Source: Gemmatimonadaceae bacterium (GTDB taxonomy: Bacteria > Gemmatimonadota > Gemmatimonadetes > Gemmatimonadales > Gemmatimonadaceae). Taken from it: a stretch of 64,000 nt of DNA. Positions within the stretch are counted from its first letter, which is position 1, and each line of letters opens with the position of its first letter. The translations under genes and the position numbers were made by a program. This document shows positions 53,464 through 63,437 of this stretch, piece by piece. The notes below the pieces were generated by a model, which was not told the DNA's origin, did no database searches, and worked only from the letters and a program-made list of their open reading frames with translations. The DNA lies in NCBI GenBank assembly GCA_051859245.1, contig JBHYGA010000004.1:320001-384000 (forward strand), read 5' to 3'.

Positions 53464-55743
53464 ATGACTCCCCGCGTATCGCATCACATAACGCGCCTCG
53501 CCGCGATCCTCGCCCTTGGTGTCCTGGCCGCGCTGCCCGCCACGGCAGTCGCGCAGCAAACTGCCACCGTCCCCACCATCGCCCCGTGGATGTCTCCCGC
53601 ATCCCCGCTGACGCTGGTCTCCGCCCGAAAGACCGACCGCGTTGCGTTCATGGTGTACGACCGCGGCCTGCGCAACGTCTACACCGCCGCAGCGCCCGCT
53701 TTCACGCCGCGTCGCCTGACGAACTTCTTGAAGGACGACGGCATCGACCTCACCGACGTCAACATCTCAGACGACGGCAGCCTCATTGTATTCGTGCGCG
53801 GCTCGGCGCCCAACCGCTGGGGTTGGGTGGCCAACCCGAATCACGATCCGCAAGGCGCCGAGCGTGCGATCTGGGCGGTGCGCAGCAGTGGCGGTGCGCC
53901 GTGGCGCGTGGCCGAGGGCGCGGGTCCGGTGTTGTCTCCCGACGGACGTTTTGTGCTCTTCACACGTGATGGACAGATCTATCGCGCGCGCGTGGCGCGT
54001 ACCGGCCCGGTCGGTGCGATGGACACCGGCGGTGTGCCACTCATCAAGTTGTGGGGACGCAACGAAACGCCGCGCTGGTCGCCCGACGGTAGGCGCATTG
54101 CGTTTGTGAGTCAGCGCGAACATCACTCGTACGTGGTGGTGTACGACGTGGCCACGCGCAGCGTGCAATACGTCGCGCCGGGTGTGGATTGTGATGGCAC
54201 GCCGGTGTGGTCACCCGACAGTCGTTACATCGCGTTCTCGCGCAGGCCCGGCACGCCGTTCGGACAACAACTGCGCGTACCACCTGGCAACGGCAATCCG
54301 TTCGGTGGATGCGGTGGTGGCGCACCCGCGTCAACATCCGTCACGGCAGGACAAAACAATCTTGTGCGATCACCGGGATTCTTTACCTCGCAACTGCCCG
54401 GTGGTTACCGACTCGCGCTCATGGTCGCCGATGTTGGCAGCGCAAAAAACATTTCGTCACCGCTCGTGTCGGCACAAATCCCCGCAAAAGAAGTGTGGCA
54501 CAACGCGGTGGACGAGCGCGTGATCACCACGCTCAACGGTATGACGTGGGCCGGCGATCACATTGCATTTCCAGTGAACATTCCGGGTGACGAGTACGAA
54601 CGCTGGTACGCGATTCCCGCTACCGGCGGGGACACCGTGCGTCTTACCACCACCAACGGATTGATCGAAGACGCAACGTCCGTTGCGTGGTCGCGCGACG
54701 GTGGACGCACCATGTTCTACACCACCAATGCGGGCGACATTGAACGTCGTCATATCTGGAGTGTGCCGAGTGGTGGTGGCACGCCGGTGCAGCTCACCAA
54801 AGGCGACGGTGTGGAGACATATCCGCAGCCGCTCGCGAGTGGCAAACATGTGGCCGTGCTCGCATTCGGTGCTCGCACGCCTGCATCCGTTGCCCTCGTC
54901 CCAACAACCGGCGGCGAGCCGCGCATCATCTTCCCCACGCTCGGCGCGGACTTTCCCAAAGAGAAACATGTCGTGCCGCAGATCATCACCACCAAAGCAT
55001 CAGACGGACTCGAGATCAGCAATCAGTTGTTCTTGCCAAAAGACATGAAGCCCGGCGAGAAACGTCCGGCGATTGTGTTTGTGCACGGCGGTCCGCGGCG
55101 GCAAATGCTGCCCGCGTATCACTACATGCAGTTCTATCACTGGTCGTACGCCGCGAATCAGTGGCTGGCCGATCTGGGGTATGTGGTGCTGAGTGTGAAC
55201 TACCGCCGTGGCGTGGGCTACGGCAAGAGTTTTCGCGATGCACCAGGCGCACGCGCGGCGGGCAACAGTGAGTATCTCGATGTGCTCGCCGGTGCGCGGT
55301 ACTTGCAGCAGCACGCCAATGTAGACACCACCCGCATTGGCATCTGGGGATTGTCGTACGGTGGCCTGCTCGCGTCACAGGCACTCGCGCGCAACAGCGA
55401 CATCTTTGTGGCCGGCGTGGACATGGCCGGTGTGCATCAGTACGACTATGTGCTCGACTCTACAAGCCTCGCGTTCAAGTCGTCGGCGATTGGTGCAATT
55501 GATGGCTGGAAGAGCCCTGTGTTTCTTGTGCACGGTGATGATGATCGCAACGTGGACTTTGCGCAGACGGTCGGCCTCGTGCAGTTATTGCGCGCGCGCA
55601 ATGTATATCATGAGCTCATGGTGGTGCCGGACGATTTGCACGAGAGCATGCTACATGCGAACTGGATTGATACGTTCGATCGCATGGGTGCGTTTCTCAA
55701 GCGGTTTGTGTGGAATCGGGAGGCCGTGCCCAAGGCGCCGTAG
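53464..55743 (+). CDS. S9 prolyl oligopeptidase family protein with PD40 repeats
   Basis: WSPDG repeats, VHGGP, GLSYGG nucleophile, HGDDDRNV and a catalytic His. Confidence 0.92.
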   Translation: MTPRVSHHITRLAAILALGVLAALPATAVAQQTATVPTIAPWMSPASPLTLVSARKTDRVAFMVYDRGLRNVYTAAAPAFTPRRLTNFLKDDGIDLTDVNISDDGSLIVFVRGSAPNRWGWVANPNHDPQGAERAIWAVRSSGGAPWRVAEGAGPVLSPDGRFVLFTRDGQIYRARVARTGPVGAMDTGGVPLIKLWGRNETPRWSPDGRRIAFVSQREHHSYVVVYDVATRSVQYVAPGVDCDGTPVWSPDSRYIAFSRRPGTPFGQQLRVPPGNGNPFGGCGGGAPASTSVTAGQNNLVRSPGFFTSQLPGGYRLALMVADVGSAKNISSPLVSAQIPAKEVWHNAVDERVITTLNGMTWAGDHIAFPVNIPGDEYERWYAIPATGGDTVRLTTTNGLIEDATSVAWSRDGGRTMFYTTNAGDIERRHIWSVPSGGGTPVQLTKGDGVETYPQPLASGKHVAVLAFGARTPASVALVPTTGGEPRIIFPTLGADFPKEKHVVPQIITTKASDGLEISNQLFLPKDMKPGEKRPAIVFVHGGPRRQMLPAYHYMQFYHWSYAANQWLADLGYVVLSVNYRRGVGYGKSFRDAPGARAAGNSEYLDVLAGARYLQQHANVDTTRIGIWGLSYGGLLASQALARNSDIFVAGVDMAGVHQYDYVLDSTSLAFKSSAIGAIDGWKSPVFLVHGDDDRNVDFAQTVGLVQLLRARNVYHELMVVPDDLHESMLHANWIDTFDRMGAFLKRFVWNREAVPKAP

Positions 55744-55758
55744 CGTCACACGCCCGCC

Positions 55759-56319
55759 CTATCGAACGACATCGTAGATAGATTTCACGATACCATTGCT
55801 GTACGCCTCGTGCTCAACAAGCGCGAGATTCGCGTAACTGTCGGTCGTGTGGTCGAAGAGTCGCTTGCCTGCGCCGAGGGTGACGGGAAAGGTGAGGAGG
55901 TGATAGCGGTCTACAAGCCCTGCGGCCGCAAGGCCGCGTGCGAGTGCGCCGCTGCCATGTACGAGAATCGTACCAGGCGCGTTGATGGACTTGAGCGTTG
56001 CGACGTCATCCAGAGAACGCAGTACGGTGGTGTTGCTCCACTCCGGATTACTCAGCGTTGACGAGACTACGAACTTCGGCATTGCATTGTACTCCGCGAA
56101 CTCTTCCATCGTTGGCCAGACTGGTGCGAACTCGTCGTAGCTCACACGTCCGAACAGCAAGGCACCGGCCTCTGCCTGTTCTCGACCTTTGATTTCGTAG
56201 GCCGCCTCGACAAACGGGATGTTCTTGAATGTCCAGCCCGCGTGTGGATGTGTGCCTCCACCGGGCGCCTCCATTACGCCGTCGAGGGACAGAAAAGTTG
56301 TGACAATCAGTGTGCGCAT
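55759..56319 (-). CDS. dihydrofolate reductase-like (RibD C-terminal) protein
   Basis: FLSLDGVME, LLFGRVSY, HGSG.LA and PVTLGAGKRLF. Confidence 0.9.
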   Translation of the reverse strand: MRTLIVTTFLSLDGVMEAPGGGTHPHAGWTFKNIPFVEAAYEIKGREQAEAGALLFGRVSYDEFAPVWPTMEEFAEYNAMPKFVVSSTLSNPEWSNTTVLRSLDDVATLKSINAPGTILVHGSGALARGLAAAGLVDRYHLLTFPVTLGAGKRLFDHTTDSYANLALVEHEAYSNGIVKSIYDVVR

Positions 56320-56356
56320 GCTTCCTCCAAGGGTGATGTACAGGTTCTGTAGTGTT

Positions 56357-56383
56357 GTCGATTGCGATGTCAAGAAATCGACA
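56357..56383 (-). promoter_or_regulatory. candidate ECF42-type promoter
   Basis: Minus strand TGTCGA-N17-CGAC. Confidence 0.6.
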
Positions 56384-56561
56384 GGGTCATCATCGCTGCA
56401 ATCGTGAGGCGACAGCCCTGACGCACGCCCGGAGCATTTGCCTTACAACCATGCGGATCGTATGGTTCGCCAGATACGGAGTTCGCTTGACCCAGCGCTC
56501 GCACCGATTCGCAAGTTCAGTATTATCGGTGCTTTGGTAGACGTAACTCACCTGACGAACC

Positions 56562-57329
56562 ATGAAATCGCGTGCCCCGCTCGTTTCGGCGATACTCGCT
56601 GCCACGCTCTCAACAACGTTGATGTGCGCGCTGCTCACTCCTCACATTTCTGCACAATCAGCAACCGCCTGGCCCCAGCACTCACGCGAGCGTCCCGCAC
56701 CACCCGTTCAACGCGCGCCCGCACTAACCGCGCCTGTCGCACCACCCGCGAACGCCACCGTGCTCTCGCTCGCGGCGTTCCACTCCGGCGGCAATCCCGC
56801 ACCGTGGCGTGCACTGCCCGACGGCAGTTTTGAAGTGGTGCCAGGGTCTGGCGGCATCGAAACACGCGAGTCGTTTGGCGACGTGTATCTGCATGTGGAG
56901 TGGAGCACGGCAAATCCGCCCGTGGGTACGGATCAGAACCGCAGCAACAGCGGCGTGTTTCTGATGCGTCAATACGAAGTGCAGGTGCTCGACTCGTACA
57001 ACAATCCCACGTACCCCGACGGACAAGCGGGTGCGATTTATGGCCAGTATCCGCCGATGGTGAACGTGACGGCGCCGCCCGGCGAGTGGAACAGCTTTGA
57101 CATTGAGTTTCGCGCGCCGCGTTTTGCACCCGATGGTTCACTGCGCGATTCGGCTCGCATGATGGTGCGACACAACGGTGTGCTCATTCACAACAATCGC
57201 GCGCTGATGGGCCCCACATCACACACGGTGCGCGCGCCGTACGACGCACACGAAAGCGCACTTCCGATTGCATTGCAGGATCACAATGAACGCGTGCGCT
57301 TTCGTAACATCTGGGTGCGTCCGCTCTGA
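56562..57329 (+). CDS. DUF1080 (3-keto-disaccharide hydrolase-like) protein
   Basis: FGDVYLHVEW, NSGVF, YEVQVLDS, LQDH and VRFRNIW. Confidence 0.9.
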   Translation: MKSRAPLVSAILAATLSTTLMCALLTPHISAQSATAWPQHSRERPAPPVQRAPALTAPVAPPANATVLSLAAFHSGGNPAPWRALPDGSFEVVPGSGGIETRESFGDVYLHVEWSTANPPVGTDQNRSNSGVFLMRQYEVQVLDSYNNPTYPDGQAGAIYGQYPPMVNVTAPPGEWNSFDIEFRAPRFAPDGSLRDSARMMVRHNGVLIHNNRALMGPTSHTVRAPYDAHESALPIALQDHNERVRFRNIWVRPL

Positions 57330-57330
57330 G

Positions 57331-58305
57331 CTACGCGGCAAGCACCTCGCGCTCAAGTCTCGCGTAACTCGCTTCCATGCCGGTTGTCATGCCCGTACCA
57401 AGAATCATGTCGCGCAATTCTTTGGTGGGATACGTGATGAGCAGGCTCACGAGCGTGCCTTCGTGCAGCGGTGTCAGCGTGAGTTGATTGTGTACCGCGG
57501 GACCATCCGTGCCAATCATCTGCTCGGTAGTTACAGCGCGATACGGCGCGTCGATTTCCAGCAGCTCCCCTTCAAAACCAAAGCGCTGCGCGCCGTCGGC
57601 CGATTCCCATTCGTAGCGATAGCGCTCGCCAACGTTGAGCGCGATCTCGCACACGGGCATGGACCATCCGTCAGGTCCGGTGAGCCAACGCTGCATCAGC
57701 TTGGGTTCGTGATGCGCGCGCCAAACCTCCGCCGCGCTTCCACGAATCACTCGGCTCACACGCACCTGCGTGTCGCTCAGTAACTGTGCGTCGGTCGCGA
57801 GGCTCGACGCAAACGACTTGAGGTCAGCCAATACCGCGTCGATCTGACCCATGGCCGACTTCATGCCTTCCATCATGCCCATGCCTACCAGTTGCTCCAT
57901 CGCTTCCACGCTGGGGAACGTGGTCACCGTAGTCTGGCGTGAGCCGGTCGACGTCGACTCGAAGTTGAAGACCATGTGCATGGTTGGCATACCTTCGGCC
58001 GGCGCGTCGGCGCTGTCGCCGAACCCGTCTTCTACTTCAAAACGCTTCATCGGCTCAACCGAGAGGAAGCGGAACCAGCCGCCAGCCTTCGTGCCATCGG
58101 GACCGGTCATGACGTAGTGCGACTGCCCGCCTTCGGCCATGTCATGCCGCGTGAACGTGGCCGGCCACTGTTCGGGGCCCCAGAATCGCTCGAGTTGTCG
58201 TGGATCGGCGTAAGCGTCCCAGAGTCGCTCGACGGGGACGGGGTAGTCGGCGACCACGGTCATCGTGAGGTGGTGCGGGTCTGACGAGATGTGCGTGATG
58301 GGCAT
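57331..58305 (-). CDS. tandem SRPBCC (AHSA1-like) domain protein
   Basis: Two START-like repeats (LWDAYADP..FWGP; VWRAHHEP..RWL.GP). Confidence 0.88.
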   Translation of the reverse strand: MPITHISSDPHHLTMTVVADYPVPVERLWDAYADPRQLERFWGPEQWPATFTRHDMAEGGQSHYVMTGPDGTKAGGWFRFLSVEPMKRFEVEDGFGDSADAPAEGMPTMHMVFNFESTSTGSRQTTVTTFPSVEAMEQLVGMGMMEGMKSAMGQIDAVLADLKSFASSLATDAQLLSDTQVRVSRVIRGSAAEVWRAHHEPKLMQRWLTGPDGWSMPVCEIALNVGERYRYEWESADGAQRFGFEGELLEIDAPYRAVTTEQMIGTDGPAVHNQLTLTPLHEGTLVSLLITYPTKELRDMILGTGMTTGMEASYARLEREVLAA

Positions 58306-58307
58306 GA

Positions 58308-58661
58308 CTACTCCTTGGGCGGACGGGGTTCGGCGAGCAATGCGTCGAGCTGACGGATGCGAGAGACCCAGTGCTGCTCGAGCTGCTGCAGCAGCGCGCG
58401 TGCCTGGGCGAGACGTTCGGGATTACCGCGCACGATGCGTTCTCGCCCCTGCGCCTGTTTGCTCACCAGACCGGCGTCTTCCAGCACGGCGACGTGCTTT
58501 TGCACGGCCGCAAACGACATGTCATAGCGCGAGGCGAGCGTCGATACAGAGGCCGGTTCGTCGGCGAACAATCGCGCCACAATGTCGCGACGGGTGGCGT
58601 CGGCAAGCGCGCGAAAAAGCCGGTCCGTTTCGGCGTCGGAGAGAGAAGCACGTACAACCAT
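58308..58661 (-). CDS. ArsR/SmtB family regulator
   Basis: FRALADATRRDI, MSFAAVQKHVAVLE.AGLV and GRER. Confidence 0.92.
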   Translation of the reverse strand: MVVRASLSDAETDRLFRALADATRRDIVARLFADEPASVSTLASRYDMSFAAVQKHVAVLEDAGLVSKQAQGRERIVRGNPERLAQARALLQQLEQHWVSRIRQLDALLAEPRPPKE

Positions 58662-58671
58662 ATGGTTGTAC
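58652..58671. promoter_or_regulatory. perfect 20-bp palindrome, probable ArsR operator overlapping its start codon
   Basis: GTACAACCATATGGTTGTAC. Confidence 0.75.
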
Positions 58672-58726
58672 ATTAGCAATCACCGTTCTGGTGCGCAAGG
58701 GCGAATGCGGGCTATAGGTTGTGAGT

Positions 58727-59446
58727 ATGACCTTCACCAACGCCTACGCCGACAACGCGCGCGCCGAAGCGTACGCGCGCCTTGAGTTTCCGGGCACGTA
58801 CTATCTCGCGTATCGTGATCTGCCATCGATCATTGGCGAGGCCGCACCCGGCGCCACCGCACTCGACTTTGGTTGCGGCGCCGGACGTTCCTCACGCTTT
58901 CTCCGCAAACTCGGTTACACCGTGACTGGTGTTGACATCTCCGCCGAGATGCTGTCGCACGCGCGTCGCATCGATCCGGATGGCGACTACCGTCAACTGC
59001 CCGACGGAAGTCTCGACGCACTCGGAGACGCGCAGTACGACGTGGTCTTTGCGTCGTTCACGTTCGACAACATTCCCGGTTGGGATCACCGCGTTGGCTT
59101 GTTCCGCGCGTTCGCTGAACGCCTGCGTCCCAACGGACGTGTGATCAATCTCGCGAGTGCACCCGAGATGTATCAACACGAATGGCTGTCATTCTCCACA
59201 CGTCAATTCGAAGAGAACCGCACCGCACGTACAGGCGACATTGTGCGCACGATCATGCTCGACGGCAGCGACCAGCGTCCGATTGATGATGTGTACTGGA
59301 TCGAAGATGATTACCTGGAGCTGTACCGTCGTGCGGGGCTGACGGTGAAGAATATTCACCGTCCGCTCGGCACGGCGGCAGACAACCAGCCGTGGGTCAA
59401 CGAAGAGCGCGTGTCACCGTGGAGTATCTATGAGCTTGCTCGTTAA
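58727..59446 (+). CDS. class I SAM-dependent methyltransferase
   Basis: ALDFGCGAG and GVDISAEML. Confidence 0.9.
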   Translation: MTFTNAYADNARAEAYARLEFPGTYYLAYRDLPSIIGEAAPGATALDFGCGAGRSSRFLRKLGYTVTGVDISAEMLSHARRIDPDGDYRQLPDGSLDALGDAQYDVVFASFTFDNIPGWDHRVGLFRAFAERLRPNGRVINLASAPEMYQHEWLSFSTRQFEENRTARTGDIVRTIMLDGSDQRPIDDVYWIEDDYLELYRRAGLTVKNIHRPLGTAADNQPWVNEERVSPWSIYELAR

Positions 59447-60134
59447 CAAATTGAGTGCGCGAACTCTTCGGCAATGTGTTCGCCTTGTGTTGGTGTCCAC
59501 GGCAATAGGGCTTATCGTGGCTCCAGCGGCTCACGCGTGCTCACTCGTGTCACCGTGGGAAATCCGACGCGCCAGTCGCCTTGAGTTCATGGGCACGCCG
59601 CTTCCCGACACAGTACTCGCCGGCGCCGGCTCGCGCACGTTCTCCGAACAGGCGGGTCACTTCGGACCCGGCACGGCGCGCACTATTTACGGACAACGGG
59701 TGAGCGTTGATCGCCTCGGAGCGCGTGCGCGGCGCGCACTCCCGGCTGGTGTACGCGAAGTCGTGCTTGTGCCGTGGGACTACGGAGCTGACTGCCGACC
59801 GGTGCCATGGAGTCGCAGTGCACGTTGGTTGCCCGACACGCGCAGCGGATTGTTCGCCGCGCAACTACGACCACGTGAACACTGGGCCGGCAACGTGCCC
59901 ACGTTTGACATCACACCATTCATGCAGCCGTACTACGACCCGTCGCCGGACTCAACGGTTCGCGACTGGCTGCCACGTCCCCGCGTGCGTGCTGAGCGAT
60001 TGCTCCGCATGTTCGATGAACTGTGGTCGCTCGGTGCAACGCTCGACTCCGGGCAAGTACGACGGTGGACCGCTCGTGCGAGCGCGGACACTTCGCTCGC
60101 TGATAAGTGGCCCGTCACCATGTTCAGGCACTGA
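59430..60134 (+). CDS. secreted hypothetical protein
   Basis: Signal peptide ending AHA-CS; WDYGADC. Confidence 0.55.
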   Translation: MSLLVNKLSARTLRQCVRLVLVSTAIGLIVAPAAHACSLVSPWEIRRASRLEFMGTPLPDTVLAGAGSRTFSEQAGHFGPGTARTIYGQRVSVDRLGARARRALPAGVREVVLVPWDYGADCRPVPWSRSARWLPDTRSGLFAAQLRPREHWAGNVPTFDITPFMQPYYDPSPDSTVRDWLPRPRVRAERLLRMFDELWSLGATLDSGQVRRWTARASADTSLADKWPVTMFRH

Positions 60135-60169
60135 AATCCGCAGGCACTCTGTCGAATTCCTTGCCTTCG

Positions 60170-60196
60170 TGTCGAGAATGAAGCGCCTTTTCCGTC
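60170..60196 (+). promoter_or_regulatory. candidate ECF42-type promoter
   Basis: TGTCGA-N17-CGTC upstream of the DGPF gene; a second TGTCGA at 60150. Confidence 0.65.
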
Positions 60197-60244
60197 ATTC
60201 AGATACCCAGCTACACCACTTGCTCTGAACACGGAGAAACCACC

Positions 60245-60619
60245 ATGCGCTACGCCCTGCTCGTCCACTACCCGCAGCCCGCCGTTTCCACGCTCACCAA
60301 AGAAGAAATCGCCGAAGGCATGTCGGCATTTCACGCCTACGCCAAAGCGCTCGACGATGCAGGCGTGCTGCGCTCAGCGGAGGTGCTGCAAACCATCGCC
60401 AGTGCCACGAGTCTGTCTGTCAAACAAGGAACGCTGCAGGTACAGGACGGCCCGTTCGCCGAAACCAAGGAAGCGTTCGCCGGCATTTTCATGATCGACG
60501 TTGACGATCTTGATGCGGCGCTGGCGTGGGCCGAACGCTGTCCGGCGGCGCAGTGGGGCACGATTGAGATTCGCCCCTCGGCGGTGCGTTTTGTGGACGG
60601 TGGATGGACCAACGCGTGA
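60245..60619 (+). CDS. YciI/DGPF family protein
   Basis: DGPFAETKE; CP..WGTIEIRP. Confidence 0.92.
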   Translation: MRYALLVHYPQPAVSTLTKEEIAEGMSAFHAYAKALDDAGVLRSAEVLQTIASATSLSVKQGTLQVQDGPFAETKEAFAGIFMIDVDDLDAALAWAERCPAAQWGTIEIRPSAVRFVDGGWTNA

Positions 60620-60649
60620 TCGCGCGGCACGTCAACGCACTGCATTCGC

Positions 60650-61900
60650 ATGATGACTGATCCCGCGTTGCGCGCCGAGGAGTTGGCGCGCAGCGCGTAC
60701 GGTCGCTTGCTCGCGATTCTTGCGTCGCGTGACGGCGACATCGAAGCCGCGGAAGATTTTTTGTCAGACGCCTTCGCGCAAGCGCTACAGACATGGCCAC
60801 GCACCGGCATTCCCGACAACCCGGAAGCCTGGCTACTCGCTGTCGCGCGCAATCGGCGCAGTGATGTACAACGTTCTGCAGCGCATCGACTGAACGATCC
60901 GATTGACGACGTCGCGCTCGGCAGCGAGCTGCCAATCGTGCTGCCGTCCGATCCGGCAGAGCTCCCTGATCGACGACTGGCGTTGCTTTTCGTGTGCGCA
61001 CATCCCGCAATCGATCCGGCGGCTCGCACTCCGCTCATGCTGCAAGCGGTGCTTGGTTTTGGCGCCGAGCAGATTGCGCATGCGTTCGCCATGCAAACGT
61101 CAACGATGGCGCAACGACTCGTGCGCGCCAAACGCCGAATTCGTGATGCACGCATTCCGTTTGTTGTGCCGGAGCGCGAGAGGCTTGCTGAGCGTCTCAC
61201 ACCAGTGCTTGAAGCAATCTACGGTGCGTTTGCAATTGATTTTCCGCTCGTGGCCGGCACGGAACAACGCGAGTCGCTGGCCGAGGAATCGCACTATCTC
61301 GCGACAACGCTCGCTGAGTTGCTGCCCGATGAACCTGAAGTGCTTGGATTAGCAGCGCTCATTTCACTCTCACTGGCACGACAATCCGCGCGTGGCGATG
61401 CCGACACATTCGTTCCGCTCGACGAACAGGATACGTCAAAGTGGGACACCGAACGCATTGCAGTTGGTGAGCGCTGCTTGCATCGCGCGAATGCACAAAG
61501 TCGGCCCGGTCGTTTTCAGATTGAAGCAGCGATTCAGTCGGTACACTGCGCGCGAGCAACGTCCGGCGTGACCGACTGGCGCGCACTGCGAACGCTGTAC
61601 CATGCGCTGCTCACGTTTGCACCAACGCTCGGCGCACGCGTTGCACTCGCCGCCGCGATTGGACGCGTGGACGGCGCAATCGCTGGCCTTGCCAATCTCG
61701 ATGCTATAGCCGAGCCCTCGGTGCAGCGATTTCAGCCGGCGTGGGCCACCCGTGCGCACTTGCTGCAGGCGGCCGGACACGCGGACGAGGCGGCGCAGGC
61801 GTTCGACCGGGCAATCGCGCTGACTACCGATCTGCGGTCGCGCCGCTACCTCGAGCGGCGCCGGGCCGGTCTCAGACCGTCGCATCCTGACGTACTCTGA
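60650..61900 (+). CDS. ECF sigma factor with TPR C-terminal extension (ECF42-like)
   Basis: AF..AL.TWP..G.PDNPEAWL, DRRLALLFVCAHPA, MAQRLVRAK, PLDEQD and QIEAAI..VH; adjacent DGPF gene. Confidence 0.9.
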   Translation: MMTDPALRAEELARSAYGRLLAILASRDGDIEAAEDFLSDAFAQALQTWPRTGIPDNPEAWLLAVARNRRSDVQRSAAHRLNDPIDDVALGSELPIVLPSDPAELPDRRLALLFVCAHPAIDPAARTPLMLQAVLGFGAEQIAHAFAMQTSTMAQRLVRAKRRIRDARIPFVVPERERLAERLTPVLEAIYGAFAIDFPLVAGTEQRESLAEESHYLATTLAELLPDEPEVLGLAALISLSLARQSARGDADTFVPLDEQDTSKWDTERIAVGERCLHRANAQSRPGRFQIEAAIQSVHCARATSGVTDWRALRTLYHALLTFAPTLGARVALAAAIGRVDGAIAGLANLDAIAEPSVQRFQPAWATRAHLLQAAGHADEAAQAFDRAIALTTDLRSRRYLERRRAGLRPSHPDVL

Positions 61901-61937
61901 GCGCACGAACACCCCAAGCGGAGCTAACGAACGATGC

Positions 61938-61966
61938 TTGACAAATATATTTGTCAAAGCTAGGAT
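61938..61966 (+). promoter_or_regulatory. sigma70 promoter with overlapping 20-bp palindromic operator; probably leaderless
   Basis: TTGACA-N17-TAGGAT; palindrome TTGACAAATATATTTGTCAA (61938-61957); ATG 6 nt after the -10. Confidence 0.75.
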
Positions 61967-61972
61967 CTGCGC

Positions 61973-62581
61973 ATGCTCGACATCCACGTCATCGACGACC
62001 CGGCCGCGGCCACCGTGGCGCTAGAACCGATCCGCAGCCGACTGCTCGCGCAAATGGCCCACCCCGCCTCGGCCGCGACGCTCGCCACCCGCTCCGGCCT
62101 GACGCGACAAAAGGTCAACTACCACTTGAACGCGCTTGAAGCGCACGGGTTAGTGCGGCTGGCTGAGCAGCGAAAGTGGGGTGGCATTACCGAACGGCTG
62201 ATGGTGGCCACCGCGTCCTCGTACGTGGTATCGCCGAGTGCACTAGGCCCCGTAGCCGTGGACCCGGACCGCGAGGTCGACCGGCTCTCGGCCAGCTACG
62301 TGATTGCCCTGGGCGCGCGGCTTATTCGGGAGGTCGGCGCCCTCGTGAAGCGCGCGACGGAGACTGGCAAACGGCTCGCCACGCTGTCGATCGACACCGA
62401 GGTGCACTTCAGAACCTCCGAAGACAGGGCAGCCTTCACCGCAGAATTAACAGACACAATCGGAACACTTATAGCAAAGTATCACGACACATTAGCACCT
62501 GGCGGCAGAGCGCACCGGTTGGTAATTGTCGCCCACCCACTCCCTCAGCCTGCCGAGTGCAAGGAGCCCGTATGCCAGTGA
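61973..62581 (+). CDS. ArsR-like winged-HTH regulator
   Basis: LEPIRSRLL, RQKVNYHL..LE.HGLV and TER. Confidence 0.88.
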   Translation: MLDIHVIDDPAAATVALEPIRSRLLAQMAHPASAATLATRSGLTRQKVNYHLNALEAHGLVRLAEQRKWGGITERLMVATASSYVVSPSALGPVAVDPDREVDRLSASYVIALGARLIREVGALVKRATETGKRLATLSIDTEVHFRTSEDRAAFTAELTDTIGTLIAKYHDTLAPGGRAHRLVIVAHPLPQPAECKEPVCQ

Positions 62582-63393
62582 AAAAGGAAGCCACCGGTCG
62601 CCGTTCCGTCGAGATCGAGATCGAGGTGCCCGGCACGCCCGAACACGTCTGGCAGACCATTGCGACCGGGCCCGGCATTTCGGCGTGGTTCGTGCCGGCG
62701 GAGTTCGAGGCGGGAGAAGACGGGAAACCCGCCGCGCTGACCTTGGATTTTGGCCCCGCCATGGACTCAAGGTCAGTGGTCACGGCTTGGGATCCACCGC
62801 GACTCTTCGCCCGCGAAGGCGCCGGTTGGGTACCTGGTTCTCCACCGATTGCCACGGAGTTCAGCGTGGAAGCGAAATCGGGCGATGTCTGTGTGATCCG
62901 CATAGTACAGAGTCTGTTCGCCAGCACCGACGACTGGGACGGACAGCTCACCGGCGCCGAAGAAGGCTGGCCGGGGATCGCCCGCGTGCTGCGGCTGTAT
63001 CTCACGCACTTCCGCGGCTTTCACTCGGCCATCATGCGCATCATGGTGCCCGTGCCCGGCTCGGCACGCGAAGCTTGGGCGGCGCTCACGTCAGCGCTGG
63101 GCCTGAACGGCGTGCCCGCTGGGGAGCGTTGGACCGCTCCTCGCGGCGCGCCCGAGCTCGGCGGAGTGGTCGAACACGTCGATGACAACCCATACGGTGT
63201 GCTGCTGCGGCTCGACACGCCCGGTCCGGGCACCGGCGCATTTGGCACCATCGAGTTTGGCGACATGGTGATGGCGACGATGACGCTCTACATGTACGGC
63301 GATCAGGCCGACGAGCACGTGGCGCGCGAAACGTCGCGGTGGCAAACTTGGATTCAGGGGCAGTTCGCCATGTCAACCGAAGGGGAACGATGA
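62572..63393 (+). CDS. SRPBCC domain protein
   Basis: EVPGTPEHVWQTIATGPGISAWF and WDPP; GGAG RBS. Confidence 0.85.
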   Translation: MPVKKEATGRRSVEIEIEVPGTPEHVWQTIATGPGISAWFVPAEFEAGEDGKPAALTLDFGPAMDSRSVVTAWDPPRLFAREGAGWVPGSPPIATEFSVEAKSGDVCVIRIVQSLFASTDDWDGQLTGAEEGWPGIARVLRLYLTHFRGFHSAIMRIMVPVPGSAREAWAALTSALGLNGVPAGERWTAPRGAPELGGVVEHVDDNPYGVLLRLDTPGPGTGAFGTIEFGDMVMATMTLYMYGDQADEHVARETSRWQTWIQGQFAMSTEGER

Positions 63394-63437
63394 TGTCGCC
63401 ACAGAACGCCGGGTGTGCGTTGTTCGTCCGGATGTAA

